Of a DNA stretch of 64,000 nt, positions 28,642 to 37,350 are shown one piece after another. The notes beneath the pieces were generated by a model. The model saw only the letters and a list, made by a program, of their open reading frames with translations. It had not been told where the DNA came from and made no database searches. This DNA comes from Candidatus Hadarchaeales archaeon. GTDB lineage: Archaea > Hadarchaeota > Hadarchaeia > Hadarchaeales > Hadarchaeaceae. The position numbers and the translations under genes are program-made. Positions within the stretch are counted from its first letter, which is position 1; each line of letters begins with the position of its first letter. The DNA lies in NCBI GenBank assembly GCA_038872135.1, contig JAVZGN010000002.1:1-64000 (forward strand). Direction: 5' to 3'.

Positions 28642-30879
28642 CTATAGAAGGTCGTGATTCACCCTAATCACTTTAACATACTGGTTGGAGCTGGAAAATG
28701 CAACCACCAGCGATTCATCTCCATCGATTGCACTTCCTGTCGCAACCTCGTATGCTTTTACACCAACCATCTCCATGGGCCTGGCGACTTCTCCAAATGT
28801 CCCTTTAACGAGCCACGCCGTGAGAACATTGTTTCTCTGGTCCATGAAGATAACGAGGATTTCATTTATCTGTGGCGGCTCTGATGATGGAACAAATCCA
28901 CCAAATCCAGAAATTCTTCCATCATTTCCAACCCTAAGCATCGCATACCCATCCAGCAGAAGCCTCTGGCCGTTCTTCTGAACATAGGCGGTGCCGGGTT
29001 CCAGAACAACGGCGGATCTCTCCCCGCCAAAGTTAAATATCAGTTTGTTGTCCTGGGTGGTTGGCCTGAGCTGAGAGGGGGTGATCAACTGTCTATCTCT
29101 GTGGAGGAGGTATAGACCGATAAATTCATTGGTTGCGTAGAAATTCTTTGCCTCCCAATATTGGTCGACGGTGAAAATTATGTAATCTATTTTCACGTTG
29201 TAGTTATCTCGGTAGATTTTCAGCAGCCATTTCAGCTCATCCCGCGCGAGTTTCGGGAACCACTGAACATCGGTTCTGCGGCCGTTGATGGCCCAGGGTT
29301 TTCTGGCGACCGACATTCCATATATCTCGCCGGTGCTGTCAATCCTCCTGTAGATATAGTCTGGAGGCTTAATTGTTGCCGTGTTCTCCCACAGGCCCTC
29401 CTCTCCTGTGCCCTCGACCCCATCGCAGACGGCTGGACGACCGGTTGCCCCGGTGAAAAGGTGACCGAATGACCACTGGATGGCAAAGACAGCGTTCTCT
29501 GGAATATTCTCACGTTCTATCCACTCAAAAGCTTCCATAAGACCTGCGTCGACTCCGGGGCCGCGCCATTCGGTTGGTGGGGAAACCCTTCGTGCTTCAG
29601 CATATGCATTCAACACAAATGGTCCGGTGAACGCCAGTGTGAGGATAATAATGATGAGAGGGCTCTGGAGCTTTTTTAACCACTCCCAGGATGGATCAAA
29701 AGAAAGGTCCTTGATCCATGAGACGATGTATGCGACACCAGCCCCGGCGACCACAGCAACAAACGGCCACCACAGCCTTTCAAATCTTGCCTGCCCGACC
29801 CCCGGCCAGGTCAAACCCAACAGAATAACTATCCAGCCGAGCATCAAGAGTTCATGATTTTTCCTCTTCCACAGGAACATCAGGAGCCCCAGTGCCATCA
29901 TGAGGATTACTATAGAATTAAGAGTTCCATTTCCATACATCTTCCCAAAGACATCATTCCAGGACTCAACTTTCTGTGCCTCGGATGCGTAGATTGGAAG
30001 GGATATTCCTCCTCCGCCCCCAAAGCTTATCCCCACATAACCTAGCAGCGTCTGAGCAAACCCTGTCCAAAATGAGGGATCTCTTCCAAGTGCTAACCAC
30101 TGAACCGCGGTGATGATTAAAAACACACCGATTACCCCCCCGATAAACCACAGGTGCTCCCGGATAGTTTTTTCCAAAGTTCCCAGTGGATCTGATAGGC
30201 TTTTGGCCAGCTTTTCGAAATATCTGAAAACCAGAACGAGCACCGTTGCCCCAATAACCACTGCAAGGAGATACACGCTTCCGGGCCATGTGAACAACAA
30301 TAGACCATAAGACAGCCCACCGAGTAGTGCATAGCCAGGCATTGATTTCTTATCCGACTTGAATAGTTTTATCATCGCAAATATAAACCATGCACCAAAG
30401 AAGATTACCGAAGGTTCTCGGTCAAATGCCCCGGTCTTAACCCAGTAGATTGAAGAGACTAATGTCGCCATGAAAAATGCTGCGGCGGCTCCGGCGATGT
30501 CCCCCTTAAGCTCCCTGCCTATCAAAAAGATGGGGATGAGCGTCAAGGCGTACATTAGAGGAGCAAAAAACTTTGTTACATCGAACAGCGTCAGACTGGG
30601 ATTTAAGACATGGAGCCCGCGATAGATGACGACGGCCAGCAATGGTTGCATGGTTTCGTCCAATCCAATTGACCATCCATAGGGGGCATGAGAAAGGGGA
30701 TTTTTTTCTGGAATTGAATTGGTTTTTTCCATCTCTCTGGCAATACCGTAGACCCAGCCGCTGTCCGAGGTTGTCAAAACCTGGTATTTCTCACCAGGGA
30801 TTGTTAGAATAGAAAAAGACAGCACCATCAATGCAATCAAATATCCCGCTATCAGCCAGCGACGGTAGTTCAACTTCAC
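28642..30879 (-). CDS. aglB: STT3/AglB-family oligosaccharyltransferase with a divergent acceptor site
   Basis: Multi-TM N-terminal half: SD followed by PLSHAPYG, GAFDRE, ASE, ARF. C-terminal domain: EAFEWI...PENA...QWSFGH....TGR...DG and DYII, where the family has WWDYG. Confidence 0.8.
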   Translation of the reverse strand: MKLNYRRWLIAGYLIALMVLSFSILTIPGEKYQVLTTSDSGWVYGIAREMEKTNSIPEKNPLSHAPYGWSIGLDETMQPLLAVVIYRGLHVLNPSLTLFDVTKFFAPLMYALTLIPIFLIGRELKGDIAGAAAAFFMATLVSSIYWVKTGAFDREPSVIFFGAWFIFAMIKLFKSDKKSMPGYALLGGLSYGLLLFTWPGSVYLLAVVIGATVLVLVFRYFEKLAKSLSDPLGTLEKTIREHLWFIGGVIGVFLIITAVQWLALGRDPSFWTGFAQTLLGYVGISFGGGGGISLPIYASEAQKVESWNDVFGKMYGNGTLNSIVILMMALGLLMFLWKRKNHELLMLGWIVILLGLTWPGVGQARFERLWWPFVAVVAGAGVAYIVSWIKDLSFDPSWEWLKKLQSPLIIIILTLAFTGPFVLNAYAEARRVSPPTEWRGPGVDAGLMEAFEWIERENIPENAVFAIQWSFGHLFTGATGRPAVCDGVEGTGEEGLWENTATIKPPDYIYRRIDSTGEIYGMSVARKPWAINGRRTDVQWFPKLARDELKWLLKIYRDNYNVKIDYIIFTVDQYWEAKNFYATNEFIGLYLLHRDRQLITPSQLRPTTQDNKLIFNFGGERSAVVLEPGTAYVQKNGQRLLLDGYAMLRVGNDGRISGFGGFVPSSEPPQINEILVIFMDQRNNVLTAWLVKGTFGEVARPMEMVGVKAYEVATGSAIDGDESLVVAFSSSNQYVKVIRVNHDLL

Positions 30880-30918
30880 ACCTGATGATTATCGGTCTGC
30901 TGGTTTAAGAATAGTGCG

Positions 30919-31185
30919 TTACTTTTTTGGAGCTTCAGCGGGTTTCTCCTCTTTCTTGGCTGTTGAAGGCGGCGTGACCTCTTTAGTTGTAGCCATGATC
31001 CAGCCAAGCCAAATCATCAGACCACAGACGACTATCAGCCCCACTGTGACCGGAAGCGCAAACGCAAGTGCTCCTCGAGCCCAACTCCCCTCGCCGCCGC
31101 TGATGTACCCGAAGTAAATGTGGGCGATTATCACGAGGATACCGACGATGAGAAGCACTCCGCCCAATGCTCTTGTTTTACCCAT
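30919..31185 (-). CDS. Small two-TM membrane protein
   Basis: Two hydrophobic helices, WLGWIMATT, charged tail; SD GAGGTGA. Confidence 0.75.
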   Translation of the reverse strand: MGKTRALGGVLLIVGILVIIAHIYFGYISGGEGSWARGALAFALPVTVGLIVVCGLMIWLGWIMATTKEVTPPSTAKKEEKPAEAPKK

Positions 31186-31257
31186 CTACTCACCTCTACA
31201 CACGATTTTACATTCCCTTTTAAATAACTTTGGGGCTACCCTTATCTTGGAGCTTCC

Positions 31258-31335
31258 GGGCCCGTGGCCTAGCCAGGATAGGGCGGCAGCGTCCTAAGCT
31301 GTAGATCGGGGGTTCGAATCCCCCCGGGCCCGCCA
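31258..31335 (+). tRNA. tRNA-Arg(CCT)
   Basis: GGGCCCG/CGGGCCC acceptor stem, loop GT-CCT-AA, GGTTCGAATCC, encoded CCA. Confidence 0.92.
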
Positions 31336-31475
31336 TTCTTTAGAAGTGGTGCTCTGCCAAAAATCGAAAGTAGGGTGGTGCCTCAGCCGGGGATCCGTGA
31401 AGTTTGGAAAAGCCCGCCACACAGATTGGAATTTCGTCAACCACCATCTCCTTAGAAGCATACCACTTCTCCAGG

Positions 31476-32039
31476 TTACGAACCCGACTTCATTCTTGAG
31501 CGCAGGGCATCCAAGACTTCTAACACACCGATGCTTTTGGCTCTCTTTCTGAGGTATCTTTCGTCCAATTTTTTACACAGTTCCATCACGCTGATGACAT
31601 CGTGTTCGTCCAACTCGCTCCTGTCCGGCCTTGCAAGCTTGTTGAGGATGAAATCCTCAGGGCCTATGACCCACACTTTTAACCCAGCCGCCACATCAAC
31701 CCGCCAGCGCCTCTTCAGAGCTTCTTTGAAGTTTACTCCGTCGGGCTTGAACCAGAATTCCACATTAGTCTGGTTCTCGAGATCTCCTAGATAAACACAT
31801 GGCGCCCCCGGCTTGAGGCCTGCTGGGAGCTGAAATTTCCTCTTGAGCAGTTCTTCCTCCATTTTCCTGAAAACTTTTGGATTTTTGATGGAAATCGCCA
31901 AGTCTATATCGTAAGTTGCACGGGGCCTGCCGTAAGCGGGTAGTGCGAGACCGCCAATGAGCATGTAGTCAGCGCCCACCCCTTCCAGCACTTCAAGCAG
32001 CTTTCGCAGAGTTTCTAACAGCGCGGACAATTTCATCAA
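31476..32039 (-). CDS. Pol-beta-superfamily nucleotidyltransferase (AbiEii-like putative toxin)
   Basis: YMLIGGLA..AYG.PRATYDIDL, PED.IL.KL, R...D..DV motifs. Confidence 0.8.
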   Translation of the reverse strand: MMKLSALLETLRKLLEVLEGVGADYMLIGGLALPAYGRPRATYDIDLAISIKNPKVFRKMEEELLKRKFQLPAGLKPGAPCVYLGDLENQTNVEFWFKPDGVNFKEALKRRWRVDVAAGLKVWVIGPEDFILNKLARPDRSELDEHDVISVMELCKKLDERYLRKRAKSIGVLEVLDALRSRMKSGS

Positions 32040-32394
32040 GCTCCCAAAGCATTTGATAAGCCGAGCGCCCAGATCTTACCAGCGCCTCCACCTCTTTAGC
32101 CTGCCGAACTGCTTTCTTGACATCGAACAGGCTGGTTCTGAGGCGCAAACGCTCACACTCACGGAAGGTGGCAAGATATTTTTCTCCCAGCTTCGTTAGG
32201 CGAACTATCCTCCTTGGCCTACCGGGGCCGTGTGGTGCCTCCAGCTTGGATTCCACGAGCCCCTCTCGTTCTAACTTACTCAGTTTAACCAAAACTCTTG
32301 CGGGTTTCCAGCCGGTGGCCCCTATCAGCTCTCTTATTCCGCGTTCTCTTTCGCTTATCTTTTCCATGAGCACAACATCATCCATGTTTTCCAA
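31993..32394 (-). CDS. Winged-HTH regulator (putative antitoxin)
   Basis: L.KLE.EGLVES...GPGRPR....LT..G wHTH pattern; overlaps the nucleotidyltransferase gene. Confidence 0.75.
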   Translation of the reverse strand: MENMDDVVLMEKISERERGIRELIGATGWKPARVLVKLSKLEREGLVESKLEAPHGPGRPRRIVRLTKLGEKYLATFRECERLRLRTSLFDVKKAVRQAKEVEALVRSGRSAYQMLWELDEIVRAVRNSAKAA

Positions 32395-32418
32395 TTTGTT
32401 TCCTTAAAGTCAACAAAT
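32394..32418. promoter_or_regulatory. Inverted repeat ATTTGTT-N11-AACAAAT, candidate autoregulatory operator
   Basis: Lies between a minus-strand TTTATAT box (32417-32423) and the wHTH gene start. Confidence 0.5.
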
Positions 32419-32628
32419 ATAAATGTTTTGGGGGTATTATTTGAACCAAACACTAGCGGAAGCAACTATACGGGACAAAGAGGAATTGAAACTCAAGCAT
32501 CCTTGAGTGCTCGAGCGACTCGGACAGTCACCTGCGAGCCATCATACACAATCGGCCATGAGTTTCTTCAGATTAGAAACATCATTTCTATATGTTTATA
32601 AATCATTAGAAGTGCAATTCTATCCTAT

Positions 32629-32754
32629 AAAGTGGAGTGCATTGCTGGAGATCTAAAAGTAGAAGTGAAGGCTGGAAAGCCACATAGGAAGTATCCAAGA
32701 AATGTGAAAATATTGAATGAAAACACCCTGCAGATATTCTTGGCCGCAATCTAG
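32629..32754 (+). pseudogene. Gene remnant resembling the C-terminus of AAA_14/DUF4143 ATPases
   Basis: Translates KVECIAGDLKVEVKAGKPHRKYPRNVKIL...FLAAI* (E.D...EVK-like); no intact upstream gene; AT-rich. Confidence 0.45.
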
Positions 32755-32885
32755 GCGCCCGTTATTTCAGCCAGACCTAAGACGATGCTTGTTTATGAAC
32801 CACGCAATTTTGTATAGGGGCTGCTTATTTTCGATGCCTGCTCAGATCTTCGCTCATGTACTAACAAATTGACTCAGCGGGTCTG

Positions 32886-34187
32886 TCAAGCGAGGGACTC
32901 GTACAGCCGCTGGAACTTTAGCGCTATTTTCTTCCACGAGAATTTTTTCACAACATATTTTCTGGCATTGGCTCCCCAGGTCTTCCTATTCGCCACAGCT
33001 TCTGAAAGAGCCTTTGCCAAAAGCTCCGGAGACCTCGCATCCACGCGCACGCCAACCTTTCTGTTCACAGAGTCATCGACAACTTCCCTCAAACCGCCAA
33101 CATCCCCCACAACCACAGGGCTCCCGGAAGCCATGGCCTCCAGCGCCACTATGCCGAAAGCTTCCTCGGTGGAGGGGAAGCAGCAGATATCTGCAGCCCT
33201 GTAAAGGAGGGGAAGGTCCTGCCTCAAGTCTGCGCTCCTTATGACAACCCTCTTCCTAATGTTTTCTGGCATTGCCTCCCTTATTTTAACAAGTTCATCA
33301 TAGGTGTAGCCATCGAAGCCAAGGATGGCCAGGGAATAATCTTGGTTCTTCTCTGCAAATATCTGGAATGCTTTCAGAAGTCCCTTGTGGTTCTTCTCCG
33401 CCACAAACCTTCCAGTGGAGAGGATGAACGGCTTTGTTATCCCATATTTCTTCAGGACTGTGGCGATCCTCTCTGTATCTGCCTCTGTGGGCGGGGTGTA
33501 GAGGTTTGTGTCTACTCCATTGTAGATCACTTTCACTTTTTTCCTCGGTATCCCATATGCATTTATCACAGACTCGGCAGTCGCTTTAGAAACACAGTGA
33601 ACAATATCAGCATTCTCACACCCCTCTGCCTCCAGCAGCAGCCTCCTGTCCAGAGATCCTAGCCTCGCCCTGACCTCAGTCGACAACCCATGCCTCTCTA
33701 TCTCTTTGAGCAACTCGAGATAATCCACCCCAACTGGCCTCGAGACACTTATGTGGACGGAAAAGACACTCTTGATATCTGGATACTCCTCCTTCAGAAT
33801 TGTTATGGCCTTGGCATTCATCCAATCATGTGCGTGGAGGATTAAATTTTTCCTATTCATGAGAGGCATGAGGGGGAGAACCCTTTCATAAACAACTGTA
33901 CTCACAAAGTCGAATGCATCAATCATGTCAAATGAATGCTCTGCAACCCTGAACATCCGATCATCTTTGCTCCTCCACCTCTCAACCGGAACAGCGTGGA
34001 CATGAACATTCTTCGCGTAATTGAAAGAGATGGTTCGAGGAGAATTCAATGCCCTCACAAAAATCACGCTTTCATGGGGGAGCAGCGGATAGAGATATGT
34101 GACGACTATATCTAATCCACCTGTGTAGAGAACATTTGGGATTGGCGACTGGAACCCGAGCCCCATAACCAACAGAGTTTGCTTCAT
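32886..34187 (-). CDS. GT4-family glycosyltransferase
   Basis: TGGL, HAHDW, IYNGVD, GRF..EKN, PS.EEAFGIVALEAMASG motifs. Confidence 0.92.
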   Translation of the reverse strand: MKQTLLVMGLGFQSPIPNVLYTGGLDIVVTYLYPLLPHESVIFVRALNSPRTISFNYAKNVHVHAVPVERWRSKDDRMFRVAEHSFDMIDAFDFVSTVVYERVLPLMPLMNRKNLILHAHDWMNAKAITILKEEYPDIKSVFSVHISVSRPVGVDYLELLKEIERHGLSTEVRARLGSLDRRLLLEAEGCENADIVHCVSKATAESVINAYGIPRKKVKVIYNGVDTNLYTPPTEADTERIATVLKKYGITKPFILSTGRFVAEKNHKGLLKAFQIFAEKNQDYSLAILGFDGYTYDELVKIREAMPENIRKRVVIRSADLRQDLPLLYRAADICCFPSTEEAFGIVALEAMASGSPVVVGDVGGLREVVDDSVNRKVGVRVDARSPELLAKALSEAVANRKTWGANARKYVVKKFSWKKIALKFQRLYESLA

Positions 34188-34270
34188 GACGATACAAAAT
34201 TGTATTTGCTCAATTTAAACTCTTGGAAAAGCGTAAAAGAAATATCCCGGGCGTGCCAGATGACTATGAT

Positions 34271-34346
34271 AGCCCCGTGGTGTAGTGGTCAAGCATCCGG
34301 GCCTTTGGAGCCCGTGACGGCGGTTCGAATCCGCCCGGGGCTACCA
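34271..34346 (+). tRNA. tRNA-Gln(TTG)
   Basis: AGCCCCG/CGGGGCT acceptor stem, loop CT-TTG-GA, GGTTCGAATCC, encoded CCA. Confidence 0.95.
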
Positions 34347-35027
34347 CTATTCTAACGCAAGCCTCGCAAGCATCTCAAGGTTCCTTATACGCACGAGAGG
34401 CAAATCTTTAGATGGCGTGAAATTTACTGGCTGGGTTTCTGCTATTACGAAGCTGGTAAATCTTCCATCCGCCTTGACCGCCTCGTATTTCTCCTTGAGA
34501 TCCCCGACGGCCCCAAGCCTCCCAGTGGAATCTATCTTGGCGCTAATGACGATATCCTGTCTGACACTGCTCTCCCCGATGTTTTCTTCTTCTCTCACGG
34601 CGGCCAGCATCAGAAGGGCAACTGAAGCGCCCATCGACGGACCAGCAATGCTTGAAGCCATCCCTAGATTTTCCAGACCGATTACAAAATCAACTCTTCC
34701 GAGCCTCTTTCCAACCAACGCTTCTACAGCAGCTCTTGCATCCATCGCTGCTTTTTGAGTGTCCTCATTTTCAAAAGGAGGGACGGCAAAAAGCACCTTT
34801 CCACTGCCATCTCTCATCTCCAGCCACAAACTTCCGAGCCTCCCCCTTCCTGTCATCTGCTCCACCCCAACAATCGTGATCTCTTTTCTTCTCGCTTCAT
34901 TGCCTGAAAGGAGAAGCTCCTCGGGAGGCTCCAGAAGGCTGGTGGCAAATATAGCTCCCACAATCACACCGACGGAGAAGAATGAAACTACAAACATTGC
35001 CAGCGGAGATTTCCTTTTCCTCATCAC
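34347..35027 (-). CDS. Membrane-anchored Lon-type (S16) protease domain protein
   Basis: N-terminal TM helix; IAGPSMGA (Ser) and G.LGAVG.LKEK (Lys) dyad motifs; no ATPase domain. Confidence 0.75.
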   Translation of the reverse strand: MMRKRKSPLAMFVVSFFSVGVIVGAIFATSLLEPPEELLLSGNEARRKEITIVGVEQMTGRGRLGSLWLEMRDGSGKVLFAVPPFENEDTQKAAMDARAAVEALVGKRLGRVDFVIGLENLGMASSIAGPSMGASVALLMLAAVREEENIGESSVRQDIVISAKIDSTGRLGAVGDLKEKYEAVKADGRFTSFVIAETQPVNFTPSKDLPLVRIRNLEMLARLALE

Positions 35028-35098
35028 CCTAGATTTGTATCATGAAGGTTAAAACCGCCACACCATTAAAAAGCCGCAGGGATAGAGATTTGAGATAG

Positions 35099-35596
35099 AT
35101 GGAGATCCTAGGAATTCTGGCGGTGGCGGTGTGGTTCATTCTCCCGGCCTATGTGGCAAATGCGACACCGGTTGTCCTTGGAGGGGGAAGGCCAATCGAT
35201 GGGGGAAGGAAGTTCATCGACGGGCGCCCAATTTTTGGACCTGGAAAAACCATAAGAGGTTTCATCGCCGGGCTCATAGCTGGCTCCCTTGTTGGGCTTG
35301 TACAGGCTATTTTTGATCGGCCTGGGATGGCCACTGCCGGCTTTCTTCTTTCTCTCGGGGCCCTAGTAGGTGATCTTCTCGGAAGCTTCATTAAACGCCG
35401 ACTGGGACTTCCTAGGGGTGCCGCAGCGCCGGGGCTAGACCAGCTTGGCTTTCTTCTCGTCGCCATCGCATTTGCCTCTCCAATTGTCCTACCAGCACTT
35501 GAGACCTTTGTTGCTCTTCTCATAATCACACCAATCCTCCACCTGGGCACAAACTACTGCGGATATCTGCTTAAGCTGAAGGACAGGCCCTACTGA
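35099..35596 (+). CDS. carS: CDP-archaeol synthase
   Basis: PAYVAN..PV, PID.G, DGR.IFG.GKT.RG, GDL.GSFIKRR, LDQL motifs. Confidence 0.95.
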   Translation: MEILGILAVAVWFILPAYVANATPVVLGGGRPIDGGRKFIDGRPIFGPGKTIRGFIAGLIAGSLVGLVQAIFDRPGMATAGFLLSLGALVGDLLGSFIKRRLGLPRGAAAPGLDQLGFLLVAIAFASPIVLPALETFVALLIITPILHLGTNYCGYLLKLKDRPY

Positions 35597-35605
35597 GGCG
35601 ACAAC

Positions 35606-36574
35606 ATGAATTATGATGTTCTTGGCATCGGGACGGCACTCTTGGACCACTTTGTTAAGGTAAATGATGCCTTCCTCGTTGAGCATGGGTTGATAAAAGG
35701 GGCCACAAATTTTCTCCCATGGAAAAGATTCGATGAAATTTATGAAAAACTTGAAGGCGAAATTTTCCTCACCCTCCCAGGAGACAACGCAAGAAATGTC
35801 TGCGAGGGCATCGCATACCTTGGCGACACTCCATGCTATCTTGGCTGCGTGGGGAGGGACAGAGAGGGTGATTTTCTTTTGAGAGAGCTGAAGGTCCAAG
35901 GAATTCGCAGCATCGTGGAAAGGAAGGCTGGAAGAACCGGCAGGATAATAGTCGCCGTGACGCCCGATGGAGAGAGAACATTTCTGGTTAATCTTGGAGT
36001 CGGGGTGAACTGCACTCGCCTTCCGGAGAGAGAAATCTGCCACTCAAAATTCCTCTATCTGACCTCCATAACCTTGGCTGCCAGAGGAATGATAAAAAGA
36101 ATTGCGAAAGAGGCGATCTCGGTAGCGGAAAGAAAAGGTACAAGAGTGGCGCTGTCGCTGGAAAGCCCCCCAACCGTGGCCAGAAACAGACAAACATTGA
36201 TCAAGCTTTTGAATTCTGTAGATGTGCTTTTTTCCAACGAGGATGAGTTGCGGGCCCTGGGAAAACCCGTCCAGTGGTTGCTCCAAAAAGTTGAACTTCT
36301 CTACCTGAAAAGGGGTGGAAAAGGATCAACCGTCTTCACCGGGGGAAAAAGATGGCAGATCCCCTCTTTCTCTAGAAAAACTGTGGATACCACTGGGGCC
36401 GGGGACTTCTATGCTGCGGGGGTCCTACACGGGCTGCTCCACGGAAAACCACCAGAAAAAGCCGGGGAGATCGGGGCGAGAATGGCTGGAAAGGTTGTGG
36501 AGCATTTCGGGGCAACCATCAGAAATCTCACTTTTCCCAGGGAAAAACAATCCACCTATCGGTCTCAAAGATGA
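35606..36574 (+). CDS. PfkB-family (adenosine kinase-like) kinase
   Basis: GIG.ALLD, TPDGERT, N.DE, DTTGAGDFYAAG motifs. Confidence 0.88.
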   Translation: MNYDVLGIGTALLDHFVKVNDAFLVEHGLIKGATNFLPWKRFDEIYEKLEGEIFLTLPGDNARNVCEGIAYLGDTPCYLGCVGRDREGDFLLRELKVQGIRSIVERKAGRTGRIIVAVTPDGERTFLVNLGVGVNCTRLPEREICHSKFLYLTSITLAARGMIKRIAKEAISVAERKGTRVALSLESPPTVARNRQTLIKLLNSVDVLFSNEDELRALGKPVQWLLQKVELLYLKRGGKGSTVFTGGKRWQIPSFSRKTVDTTGAGDFYAAGVLHGLLHGKPPEKAGEIGARMAGKVVEHFGATIRNLTFPREKQSTYRSQR

Positions 36575-36962
36575 AGTAATCGGGCTTCATGGAAGAATGG
36601 GGTTTATGCGCCAGGGCTGCCGTCCTCACCTCCTTCGCACCCTTCTTTTTGAGGTGGGAAATCACAAAAGAGAGGCTAGTGCCGGTATCAACAACATCAT
36701 CAACCACCAGAACCTTTCCTTTGATTTTTCCTATGTCTTCGACCAGAACCGGCTTTTTCGCGCGCCTGCATCCCACATAATATTTCACATCGATTGCCCT
36801 GAACTGGCTAATGCCGAGAAGATGGGCTATTCTGACCGCTGGGACGAGCCCTCCCCTGGCAACACCGATGATAATGTCCGGACGAAAATTCTTCTTTATC
36901 TTCTTCGCAAGGGCCACAGACATTCTGTCAACTTCTTCCCAGCCAAGAAGGAGCTTCCTCAT
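36528..36962 (-). CDS. Purine phosphoribosyltransferase
   Basis: GVARGGL.PA, VLVVDDVVDTGTS, WIVFPWE motifs. Confidence 0.9.
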   Translation of the reverse strand: MRKLLLGWEEVDRMSVALAKKIKKNFRPDIIIGVARGGLVPAVRIAHLLGISQFRAIDVKYYVGCRRAKKPVLVEDIGKIKGKVLVVDDVVDTGTSLSFVISHLKKKGAKEVRTAALAHKPHSSMKPDYFIFETDRWIVFPWEK

Positions 36963-37053
36963 CCATCCACAATAGAAAATTTCGCTCTTCTCTAAAATAG
37001 TTTCCCGAGCTGGCACAATTCCGCTAATTTTTAAACTTCTCCTGCAAGTTTAA

Positions 37054-37350
37054 TTGATGGCAAAAAGGCCAAATCTGGTATACATAAAGCGACTCGTCCT
37101 AGATGTCCTCAAGCCACACCAGCCGATCCTTCCCGAGTTCGCCACATCCCTTGCATCCATCCCCGGGGTCACAAATGTAAATGTTACGCTTATTGAGATC
37201 GACAAGGAAACGGAGACGCTGAAGCTGATAATTGAGGGGGATCTAGACTTTCCCACCATAAGGATGGCGATAGAGGAGAAGGGCGGAGTTATTCACAGCG
37301 TTGATGAAGTGGCCGCAGGGGTTGTCCCAAAGAAAAAATCTCAGGGATGA
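37054..37350 (+). CDS. DUF211-family protein
   Basis: RLVLDVLKPH.P and GGVIHSVDEV motifs. Confidence 0.88.
   Translation: MMAKRPNLVYIKRLVLDVLKPHQPILPEFATSLASIPGVTNVNVTLIEIDKETETLKLIIEGDLDFPTIRMAIEEKGGVIHSVDEVAAGVVPKKKSQG

Noticed and set aside
31232-31240. GGGGCTACC matching the 3' end of tRNA-Gln (34337-34345) as a possible att site
   Set aside because: Only 9 bp, lies upstream of an intact tRNA-Arg, and no integrase is nearby; compatible with chance.
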